NCBI GenBank assembly: GCA_964035545.1
Contig: OZ037773.1
Location: 3,625,751 to 3,689,750, forward strand
Reading direction: 5' to 3'
From: Bugula neritina
Taxonomy: Eukaryota > Animalia > Bryozoa
Length of the DNA stretch: 64,000 nucleotides
The notes below the pieces were generated by a model. The model worked only from the letters and a program-made list of their open reading frames with translations, was not told the DNA's origin and did no database searches. Positions 37,084 through 49,300 of this stretch are shown here, piece by piece; position 1 is the first letter of the stretch, and each line of letters opens with the position of its first letter. Both the position numbers and the translations under genes were made by a program.

Positions 37084-40000
37084 CTGAGCTAACTTGGCAG
37101 GTATATCAGTTATCATATTGAAATGGTCTCGGTCTGGACATTCATACACACTGACTGGTACAGATCTACACTCAAGGAGCTACAATCACAAAAAAGTGAA
37201 CATGCTTTCTTGGAGTTGTCCTTTCACAAAACTGAATCATTTCAACTCCAGTATCCTGTATGGTCCAAAATAAAGTTATGGAAAATGATAAAAGGTAGAA
37301 ATAAAACAATGTAATTATTCTAAGAACATAAGAGAATGATAAGTGACAATACATTAGGCAATAACAAGCGAATCGATGGAAAAAGAAACAGCAGTTTTTA
37401 AAACTCTAGATATTGCAGGGAGTGCAGCCGAACAGCAAACTCTGCGAGAAGAGGGTCAAAGGTCACTAATAAGTAATTTAATGGAAGACTTCTTACAGGA
37501 GACTGAGAGAATAATTTAAGGCTAGCAATGATCAAACTACGCGAGTAGGTGCAGGGTAGTACCTTAGCAAAATCTTTAGATTGTGAGTGGAAAGCTGGGC
37601 TTTCTTCAGCTGCATAACTAACCAGGTTGTAGGCTAAGTTCTCAACAACTATAGCCTGAGATTTCAGCAAAAGAGATGGGCTCAGTTTTTCAGCAACCGA
37701 TCTGAAATTGTAAAAACATATGCCACAATATCAAAAAGAGGTTAAATTTGTGTGAAACTGTTTCAACATAATTAAAAGATCCTACTCACACATTAGCAAG
37801 ACTGAGTCCAGGAATATTTATGGAAGTGTTTAGAAGCGGGGTGATATCATATACTCCCCCAAGCAAGGCAACTCCTGCAAGTGAGAAACTAAGGCTACAA
37901 CTTCTAAACTGCTTGAACAAAATCTATTAATTTAGAAAAAAACCAATGTGAACAAATAATTCTACCATAATTCTTAGAATAAAAACACTAACTTACAAAA
38001 CTTCCCAAAAAAATCTATTACAAGTAACTTGTCAAATAGAACAAAAATTGTAAGGTTTAAAAAGCAAGTTCCTTGTATGAAGTTGATTTAATAAACACCT
38101 ATCACATTTCTCTAGTCATCTGATTACTCTCTTAACTAAAATTCAGTTTGCAACTGAACTGTTTGTGAATAACTGTGCAGTTTACAAACTTGTAAGTTGC
38201 CTTCTCTCTTTATGAGATATTTCAGAGAGAAGATAAATCTCAAAAGACTTTCACTTCCACTGCAGAGTTATGAGTCAGAAATAAGTATCTAACTGACCTT
38301 TCACCAATGACCTGGCATTGACATTGAGCTCTGGAGATATTATTGTCATGGCAACCAAATGTGCACCAGCACTATGTCCACAGAGAATAATAGACCTAGC
38401 AAAGTCAGAAAAAGGCGTATGTGCACTAATTTGTGTAAATGTACACTTAGTAAATAACCATACATGTCACAATAGATCACAATTATCATTCTTGTCAAAA
38501 ATTAGCAAATTAGTCCGACTTCCGCTTACCTTATGTTATGCTGAGAGGTGAAATCGGCAAGACAATTCACTGCCCGTACTGCTTGCGCTGTAATGTCAGA
38601 CAAGGTCATTTGTATGTCATCATTGTAACCAATAGCTGCGTACATGTGACCAGCATTGAGAACTGGTGTAGCAGCAACCATTCCATCAGATTTATAACTG
38701 CAACAGATAATGCTCTAAATTATCATAATTGACAAATAAAATGAAAGTTTATTTAAAAATGCCTCGACCCAGGACACCATTTTGCATAAAATCTTCATTT
38801 ATTAAGAAAAAATTAAAGAATCAAACTTTTTAGCAAAGCATATATTATGCTTTCTAAGTGTAAGTTTTAGTCAGTATTCAAAATACAAATTTCAAAGTTG
38901 TTCAGAAGTTACTCGTGCGATTTTAAAATCATTTGAATATTTTTTGAAACAATGTTTGTCTGTTGAACATTTTAATAAGCCAAACGTACAGAAGAAAAGC
39001 TACTTTGTAACAGAACAATGTCAAGTATACACCACATTGATATAGCGAGTATACGCTGATATACCGAGTATACACCACATTGATTAGCCAGTATACACCA
39101 TATTGATATAGCGGTTGGCCCACCTTCCATCCTGCCAGTATCCGCCATGGATGTACGCAAACAAAGACATCTTTCTAGATTTTTCTTCAGGATGAATAAT
39201 CACAACTTTCTCATTTATTTTACTTCCATATTCTATAGTAGACATGGAGTTTTCATATTGACGCAGGCATTCCGCACCAACTGCAATGAAATTAAAACCA
39301 AGCATATGGCTTTTCGTTTGTTTCAAAAACATATAGGCTGGTATGCATGATTATATGAACTGTGGTGTGTTAGCAGTTACAGCTGTGTGGTAATTGTAGA
39401 AATCACTGAAGTACCAGCAGATGATCAACAACTGCTATTGATTGGGTTAGAATTTTTCAGAGTTTTTCTGAAACTAACCATAAAAAAGAAAACGTTCCAT
39501 TAGCAAAAGTGCAAATTTGACTGAAGTTATTTCTTCTTTATTGTTTGGAATAAAGAAGACAACTTTTATAAAAAGTGCTGATTTTGTAAAACTTATCAAG
39601 TAGAAGTTATTTTCTCAATAAGGGTTAACATTTCTTCACTAACCTGAACGCCATAATTTGCAAAACCAATAAAGCATTGATACTTTAGTTTTTAGAATTG
39701 TTATCATGTGCATTTATAGTAACCATGGTGAAGTATATTTTATGGCTAATCTAGCAACATGTAACACATTCACTCACTTTCATTGGCACGCTGACAGTAA
39801 TCTTCAATTACTGCTGATCGAGTTTTGATTGGACGAGAGTGGGAAGGCCATCTACTAGGACTATACAGATAATCTGCCTCCTGTAAAATAATCCGCCATG
39901 ATTACACAGACAATTGCTTTTAGATCTCAAATTTGAAAAATAAAATCGACAATTAGCACAGAGAAAAAGTGTGTAATGCTAGATAGCAGAAGTTGGTGAT

Positions 40001-40654
40001 CGAATGATGTATTAATTCCCACTAATTGAGATCCAACTCACACAAATGTAGATTATCGTCAATTTCTAATGACATTACAACCTTCGACTTTAGGTAGTTT
40101 TAGCAAGTAATTATTGAAAGGTGACAAATTTTCATTACTGCAAAAATTGCATTGCAGCTCACAGGCATTTAGCTGGGCTAATTGTTACTCATTATCTATC
40201 AAATCATTGCACAATCACTTAAAAATTCAGTGTTTCCACAGGTTAAATTATTCTTCAAAATCTGTGTACTAGTTGACTATGATCTGTAATAACTGTTACA
40301 AGTTAACCAACAAAATTTGACTCATATTTACGCATCATTTCACAAAAGGCTAAGGGAGCTTAGAGTATTAGTAAAGTATCTTCTGGAGCTGTCACGAATA
40401 CATCCAGTAGAATAGATAGCATTTGGGTTGAGGCAAAAACGGAATAAAGAACTTCAGGGTTGGTTTTCATTTTAATAGGAGAAAATACAGAATAAACAAA
40501 TCCAGATCCACTAATTTATCTCTAAAAGCGCTTATTTGTTTGTCTAAATTTGATGAAACTTTAAACTAATTAGCAATAATAAATATACCTCATCTATAGA
40601 GCATGAAGTCTTCTTGCCATCACATGACTCTATATTCTCTTCCCCGATGGACAT
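37084..40654 (-). CDS. AFMID: Kynurenine formamidase (arylformamidase)-like alpha/beta hydrolase; short terminal exon uncertain
   Basis: Minus-strand exons 40654-40589, 39880-39778, 39280-39124, 38697-38530, 38395-38298, 37874-37790, 37701-37563, 37179-37084, all phases consistent. Motifs YSPSRW, YIHGGYWQ, CGHSAGAHL (nucleophile Ser), GGVYDITPL, EESPAF (acid), DHFNMI (His). Best candidate last exon is 35415-35407 (ttttcag|TAC AAA TGA). Confidence 0.88.
39025..39112. repeat. About 23-bp tandem repeat
   Basis: AGTATACACCACATTGATATAGC units next to an AFMID-like donor. Confidence 0.75.
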
Positions 40655-43133
40655 ATTGAATTTACTTTCAAAAGTAAGCTACAAGTTAAAATATAAATCT
40701 TATTACAAGAGGTTAATTTATGAAAATACATAAATATATGACATAAGGAAATGGAACTTCATATGTTGAAAACTCTAAAATTATATAAATTTGATTGAAT
40801 GAAAAAAGTCTTTTTTAATAAAAAAAAGACAGTGAAAAATGTAAAAAATATGACTTATAAAACTCTGAACAAAAAAGAGCAGCATCAGTAGGCAGCTAAA
40901 ATTACCCACCTAATTGCGCCACAGCTTATAATTATATGCTGGCATAAATTCTAATTAAATACTTATCCGTTATTTTTAGGCCAATTTTTTACGAGTTTAC
41001 ATGTAATACTAATGCTAATACTAATAGTAATATTAATACCAAAGGCGAATGTAATAATTATAGTAACTTACTTATAGTTAATGTTATACTCAATCTCACA
41101 GTGATACTGAATTATTATTAAGTTTAACTGTATCTGTGCTAAAACTGAAAGTTAGAAAACTGAAAAAAAATATAAAATTAAATAATTAATAATTGCATTG
41201 GAGATTTACTTGTAGTTACTGTTAGTGTTACAACACTGTCTAATTTAGTAATACTAATATTGCAATACTAATAGTAATAGTAATACTAACAGCAATAGCA
41301 ATCCTAATAGTAATAGAGTAATAGTAATACTAATAGTAATACACTAATAGTAATTACTAATACTAATACTAATAGTAATTAGGAATTGCAAAGCAATTAA
41401 ACCACAGTTTTAGTTTTACTTTTACCTAAATAAATTAGGTAAAATTCAAACTGTGGTTTGCTTTGTTTAACAATAACTTTGCTTGAATCAAAATCAAAAT
41501 GCAAACTCAATATGAATGAGTGAGACTGAGCGTATAATATTAATAATTATAATATTAATCTATTAGTATTAGACTTACATTAGTCATTAGACTTAGTAAT
41601 TACCAATTCGTTGACATTATGATTATCATTGTGAATGTAAAACAGTGCAAATTATAGGCAATAAATTTAATTTTCTATTCCTCTTATAATCAGTATGATT
41701 ATATTAATATTCATCACTGAAATAATAGTATGTTTATGATTATCATTATGATTATGCTAGCAGCGTGTTGGCCTCAGCATAACCACGCCCACTCTGCCAG
41801 CATAACCACGCCCACTCTGCCAGCAAAACCAGAAAAAAATACAATGGACCCGAAAAAGTTAGAAGTGCTCAGATTAAAACGCATGCGTGGTTTTTGCAGC
41901 ATTTCCGCTGCAGAACTTATGCAAAAATTACAAGGATAATATTAATAATAGTTGAGTTCAACAACTCGTGAATTTTTAGTCAAATTAATGATTAAAAATA
42001 AAAATTAATATATTTACGTTAATTTTGCTTGTTATTTATCCATAGTGTAAGTATGTAGTTGATTTTACACGAGCATTTTTGCAGTCTGTTGAATACAAAT
42101 CTTGGCATTTATTTTTAACGTAACGTGGAACTGGATTCTGATTTGTATGCCCAACCTTAGCTGTAGGCCTAGGATTAGGAGTAGCCGTAGTTTCAGTTTG
42201 TCATTGTTATTTTATTTCTAAATTTTGCCTCAAGTTTTATTGATTATTCTCTAGAGTTTTAGTTTTATATTTAAACTGGTGCTTGGTGAAAGATTCCTTT
42301 TTAATTTGATTATCATTCTTCATAATCATTGACATTATCATTATGATTATCATTATGACTATGATTTAGATTATAATTATTAATTTATCATATTGATTTA
42401 TGACACTGACTGCTGACAGGTTATAAATTTTAGTTATAATTAATATTATTATTTAATATCAAATTTAGTATAAACGTAAATAAAACATTATTGTATTTTC
42501 ATTTTAGTTTTGTTTTTACTCTTGGTCTTAATAAGAATGGAACTTTTAGAATGACTCATTTGCCTCTAGGAATTACAATTTGAATTTCCAATTTATCAAA
42601 TTTAACATTATACTTTAATTTAATAGCATTCATATTGATATTGCTAATACTAATAGTAAGTAGTAACATCATAATAATAATTGTATTACTAAACGTAAAA
42701 CAAATAGTAAAGAACTAATACAATAAGCTAATACTAATAGTACTAGATTAAACTCTTTTCTATTCTTAAAATTAGATTGATACTATTGCTAAATAAATCT
42801 TATGCTATTGCTAACAGTTACAGTGAGTACTCGAATGATTTTTGGCATTTTATCTCCTAATGACTAAAATGTATATTATAATGAAAATGTCTTTTTGGGT
42901 AAGTTGCCCCTCGGAAATAACTCAACTTTTAAATATAATCTTGTGCCAATTATTCAAGTTATAAATATGAGTATAAATTAGATATGTTAACATTCATTTT
43001 AAAATTTATTTTAATAAGCATAGTTTAAATTGTATTTAAACTTATATTTAAAATAAAAACTTGCTTACTATTGGTATTCTCACATAAGCACATAAATTTG
43101 CTACCAGCAGAGATGAGATTAAAGCAAACGTAC

Positions 43134-43317
43134 CTTTTCACTTGAATCTTTCTCTCATCAATTTATTACTAGAATAAGCAATACTAAAGGAGTTTTATTT
43201 TTCAAAACGCATTGTAGAACGTCTTATACAATTCCTACTTCTGCAATCGATGACCACAGAGTAGAGGGCTGTGGCTTTGTATAAACTAATTGAACTGACT
43301 GCAGAAAATTTAGAGGA
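43134..43317. promoter_or_regulatory. Probable compact bidirectional promoter AFMID-like / DRAP1 with non-coding first exon of the minus-strand gene
   Basis: Minus-strand donor AAG|GTACGT at 43134/43133; acceptor at 40679 upstream of the AFMID-like ATG; DRAP1 ATG 184 nt away. Confidence 0.55.
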
Positions 43318-46300
43318 ATGGGAGGAAAGAAGAAAAAGTATAACGCTCGATTCCCGCCGGTATTGTTATGAAAAATATACAATTACTTTCAACGTACACC
43401 ATCTTTATTACGATTAGTTTGCCTAATGATTCGATATGATGAATGTGAAAGCTCTTTAGATGTTGCACTATTGAAGCAACTCTGGTTTTTACTGGGGAAA
43501 TTATTAAAGCTGGTTGGTTTACGTCTTTCAGGCCCGTATTAAAAAGATTATGCAGACAGACGAGGAAATAGGAAAGATAGCAGCACCTGTTCCAGTTGTC
43601 ATATGTATCCTTTTACTATAAGCTAGTGTTTAGGTTCATGTAATATTTATTGAACGGTAGATTTTTTTTATTTAATTGCTTTTATTCTACTTGAGAAAAA
43701 CTGTATAGTATAGTCATCACTTTTTAATTATAATTTGATTTAATTTTTATTGTTGGGAAACAGGAGATGACAACTTCCCTACTAGCTGTTGATGCATAAA
43801 ATATAACAAAACAATACAGCTGATGGCATATTTTCTGCCAATATAAGTTCTCTGTGAGTGATGCAATAATGTAAATGTCAGAACTTGTGTAGCATTTTCC
43901 TCTCATAGTAAGAATTAGCTCGAGCCTTGGAGCTGTTTCTCGAATCCCTAATAACCAAGTCAGTGTCTATAGCCAACGAGCATAGCGCCAAGACGCTTGC
44001 CTCAAGTCACATGTATGTATTTGTTGATCTCAGTTCATAACTATATTATATTACGTTGAAATGAAATTGCCGTGCTTGTACCCATTGCACTGCATTTTAA
44101 GATATGCTCACAACAGATGTATAATATGTTCCATGTATGATTAAAATATTTATTACTGTCTTTATTTTAGAAAACATGTGATAAGCTCAAACAAGAACTT
44201 TGATTTCCTTAAAAGTCAGGTAATAGTTCCTCTTGTTTTATTATTTAATGCTAGAAAAGTCAAATGACATTGGCAGCTAAAGCATGTATTATAACTTTAA
44301 TCTTAAACAGGTGCTTAAAAATGAGATTACTTTGTTCAATTGAACAAATTAATTCTTGCTGGTCAAAACGATGCCGCTGCTTTTTAGAGATTCAAGTTTA
44401 GGACTGCTAAAGCTCACAGTTTGTGCAGATTCGCAGTAAATGTTTGGTGACCTACTATTGGGCAGAAAATATCATGTCCTTCTCAAACTTTGATTTTATC
44501 CTTGAAATTTTGCCCTTTTAGTTTTATTTTCACTTTCCTGAGTTTCTTTTGCAATGTGCCAACCTTTAATATATGTAAAGCATTCAGCAATCTGTTATAT
44601 TGAATATGTAATAATTAATATTTAATAGTTGTCTTCTCTTGTGTTGAACCCTGGCAACAAATGAAAAAATTCTTTGTTAGGTCAGAATGTACAGTAATCA
44701 TTTGTAAACTTTAAAGTTGTGACATTTGGTGGAGGGTTGCCAAAACAAAGTAATGTTGTGTAAATGATGACCGTGAAAATATGAGCAATTATTTTTATCC
44801 AACATTTAAAAGTACAGAAACTACTCTGTTTTAACTAAGTCAGTAGTAAGATATTAGTGGAATGGTACAAGATGACCCTTATGACATCACTCCTTCATGT
44901 CATCACTTCCTCATGTCATCACTCCCTCATGACATCACTCCCTCATGTCATCACGCCCTCATGACATCACTCCCTCATGTCATCACGCCCTCATGACATC
45001 ACTCTCTCATGTCATCACCATATACCAAAATGTCCAAACGGTTATCTCATTCTGTAAAGTGACCATACTGTTTGTAACAGCTGTTGACTTGAGTTTGATT
45101 TTTGTTATGAGGGTGCAACTAACATGCTCCCTTTAGTTACTGTGTGGTTCTAAGGCTATTTTGTCGAAGAAACTCTGTCTATTACCAGTTTTATACTCCA
45201 AGTAATCAAATGAGTTATTTCCAACAGCTTTTTCAGTGACGAGTTTCTCTATATAGTTATTTAGGTGGCACACAGCTTGCCTTTCTACAGCATTTAACTT
45301 TGAAGTCCTAATGACTGCGCCATTCATATCTGCACCACTCTATATAACATTATTATATATAATATCCTGTTCGCAGGTCAACCTGATACCAGACCTGGTG
45401 AGTGCAGAAGGTGAAGGTCAAACAAACGCACAGAAGCTCAACTCGGCAGATAAGAAGACGTCCTGTTCAGCTAGTTCCTCATCCTCTACAGCTAATCTCA
45501 CGGCGAGTAACCCATCTTCACAGATACCCAAGAAGAAACCTCGTATTGTGGCCACGCCCCTAGCAACAGATGACCCCACTAAGACTATAAAGAGGTAGTT
45601 ATCACTTCCCACACAGTTTTTATGTTTCTAGAGTATCTTAATATAAAAAGCTTTTAAATGAAAGATTGCTGTGAAAAGATCTAATGATGATATTTAGTTA
45701 CTCACTTTTCGAGTTTATTCAAGCGCTGAAACTCAAGATGAATTATATATTTGGTATATAGTCTGGCAGAAAAATGCCAATTTTTGACTTAGGTTCGCAA
45801 TCCCGGATAAAGTTTTTTTCTCTCCTGATTATTCAAATATAGGGTCTAGGTAAATGTTTCCAGGTGGGTGTGGACTTCTTACCCTTGAGCATTTCGAGAA
45901 ATTCAAGATGGCCGCCAGGAACCAAACGATTTTTTCTAATTCAAATGTACCTACCCATTGGGGCTAAATTCAAGGTTCCAATGCTTTGAAATCTTTAGAA
46001 ATTAATATAATAAAGATGCATGTGCCTTTATCATATGTATTATTGAGTAATAGGCAAATGATACCCAAGGGTAACTAACCTAAGCCTTAATCATTCATTT
46101 TTTCAAGTTTAACATAGCCTTGCCGTGTTTAAAATTTCCTTGCATCTCTGCATCAGTTTGTTCTAACTTCATGAAAATTTACTATATGGTGTGATTTTAT
46201 ATGCTGATTACAAATATGTCTACCAAATAAAGCTGAAAGGGGTTCTGCAAACTTAAAATGCAACGTCTTTGCCATATGAACTAAATAGCAATTTATTTCC

Positions 46301-49300
46301 AACTGGCATGCCTATCGAAAAGGTTTGTTGAGCTGCCAACTTAATAGTTATTTTCAGTTTTAAAACTTTAGCTATATTTTTAAAGTTATAAAAAGGGGTC
46401 AACAACCTTATAATAACATAGCACCATGGCTTCTTAACATAATTTAATTGCTTCATTATTGACACATCATTTATCTAAATATTGACATTTTTGCTTTTGA
46501 AAACTATTTCTACAATTATCACATTTGACTTTTCCTCTAAAAGCATTTTTAAACAGTTTTTTATGAATGAAAATGTATTTCATGCTGGGGGAAGTAATAC
46601 ATCTATTAGAACAGTGGTTCTCTACCTTTTTCATACCAATCCCCTTTCATTAACGTTCACTATTAATTCCTCCCCTTTCAATGACCTATGTTGGGTGCAC
46701 TGGAACACTAATAGCTAAAAGTGATTTGGTAGAAGTAGTTAATTTTACTTTTGGTGGTTTCTCCAAAATGCTAAATAGAAAAAGTTTCTCCAGAATGTAC
46801 AAGGTCTGAGAATATTGGTAGGAGAGCTGTTAAAGCCAGTCTTGATAAAAGTGTAATCACTAGCATGAAGGAGCTTGAAAACATGTTGATTAAGATTGCA
46901 GAGAGCTCAAGAACAGCAAAACTGTGGGCCATATGCTTTATTGGAACAATTTTTACCATCAACACCCACATCATAGCTGTTAGAGAATGAGACTGGGCCT
47001 TACACCTAGCAATGGAAGAGGAAATGCACTATCTGCATAGCGTGGAGGTCATGCCACAAGATGTAAGGATTGAATTCGCGGCTGGTAGTCACACAATGCA
47101 TCATAAACGCGGCCAGCTCGACGGCATCTGGTCGGGCATGACCATTGAGGTGACCTTCGTACGATTTGGTCACAGCAATGGGGAATCATTGGCATCATCA
47201 CTAAATCCGAAACTCTCAAGGTGTGGGTGTACAGCACTTCTGCATGCAACAAGATACAGTATGGCCTCAGTGACATCAGGGATGAGTCTGAAATAAATGC
47301 TTTCACTACTCATAAGAATGAGATGCAATCAAGAATCCAATCTGATTCAAAGGACAGGGAGTCTGTCAAACGGAAGATTGAACTCTGCAATGACCCACTA
47401 AAAGAATGATGCCACCCAGATGCTCTTGTCAATATTGAAGCAGATAAGTGCAACTGAGATGAGGATGCTTCGAAACATTCACAATATAAATTGGGAAGAC
47501 CATGTAACAAATGATAATATAAGGAGGAGGCCAAAATAGAAGCTATCACGATAGACATGAGGAGGGGACCTTTTCAATAGTATGGACGTGTGCGCAGAAG
47601 AGATACGGAGGAAGATATTATAATGGTGGCTGAGATGAAGAGAAAGAAAAAGAGAAAAAGAGGGGGGAAGCAAAAAAAAGGTTAATGGATACAGTGAAGG
47701 ATGGCATACTGAAATGTGGCTTCTCAGATGAAGATGTTGACAATAGAATCAGATGACACTCTCTGATAGCACTTGGTGCCCTGCAAAACCGCTACTCATC
47801 CTGGACCACAGCGTACTGGGTGAGAAAGTCCGAGACAAAGCCTTATAATAAACAATTTGCTGCCTTCCCATGGCCTCTCAGGGGCAACAATGTAAAATAT
47901 TGGAAAGGGAGTCATACTAAATGTCTTGGTAGAAGGAAAGTGTGATTTGGTGACACTAGTGCTTTTTTTCAGGATTACTATTCATACAAGCTACCAAGTT
48001 TACGCTATGTTGCTACATTATGCAAAGTGCTCCTCCATGACATCTACAAGACAAAAGGCTTGGGAAACCAAGGTCAGCAATGCTATTTGCGATGTGCCTT
48101 TAACTTGTGTACTTTGCCTCCTACAGATGAAGCTACTGGACAATGTCACCAGAGCACACCTCCAGGTAGTCAGTCATATGAAACTGCGGCATTAAACTCA
48201 CTAGAACATTGGTAGGTGAAAAGGGATCTAATAGAATCTGTTTTCCCAAAAAGAGTAGGAAATGATGTTGTGCTTACACCAGACAGTTTTATGAAGTGGA
48301 TCATGTTAGTTAATTTGGTGTACACTCGACGACTCTAGCTTTTGGTGATTTTTTACAATTTAGCTGCTATCGTATATAGATTTTTGCCTCAAACTATCAA
48401 AATTTTAACAAATAAAACTGAATAATTAAGGCTTTTTCAATTAAGCATAATTTCCTATGTCTATTCCTAATTTATTATTACATTGAGATATTATATAGGC
48501 CGTGATGATTCACGAATATATATTTAGCTCGTATGACAATGACGTCGCGCTTAAATGTTGCAGGACTTTTCCCAGTCATTTTTGTTATGAATAGATAGAA
48601 TCAGCGAATTCTATTACCCCATATAGTAAGTTTTCATGAATTTTGAGCAAACTTTAAAATGTTTGATCATAATCTGCTGATGTGCACTAAATAAAGTAAA
48701 ATGGCCCAAATTCATTAAATGCTCCTGTGGAAGCCGAAAATCATGCAAAACAACAAGATATGGCTATTCTAGTACATCTATCCCATGCACAGAGTTCTGC
48801 CCTTGTGAAGCAGTAACAGAAGTGTGTTGCAATGAACTAACATTTCTAACAAATGCTAATGATAGAAAAAAATGAAAAAGGTGTTTAATATGAACATGAG
48901 TGAAAGTTTGTCGCATTTGTACGATTATATATATGTTCAATTTTAACTTTAGCTGAGCAATATGCTGCATCTGTATCTCTTTTCACTTTCTATTCACTGG
49001 CAACAAGCAATGTTTTTCTTTATATATCTGTCCAGTGTCCAAACAGTTATTCAAAATTATGCACCATATGTGATGTTTTATTGAAGCAATTCCGATTTTT
49101 GAGCTGAGAAACATGTCTCTTGGCTCTTTACTTTGATTCCTTTTTTACTGGCATGGCACATATTCATTCTGAAAGTGCACATCTAGTTAAATCATCAGAA
49201 AATTTTGTTTTTGCAACATAATATAGACTTTATGCCGACTATATTACGATTTTTTCATAATTGGCGGCCATCTTGGATTTCTCGAAATGCTCAAGGGTGG

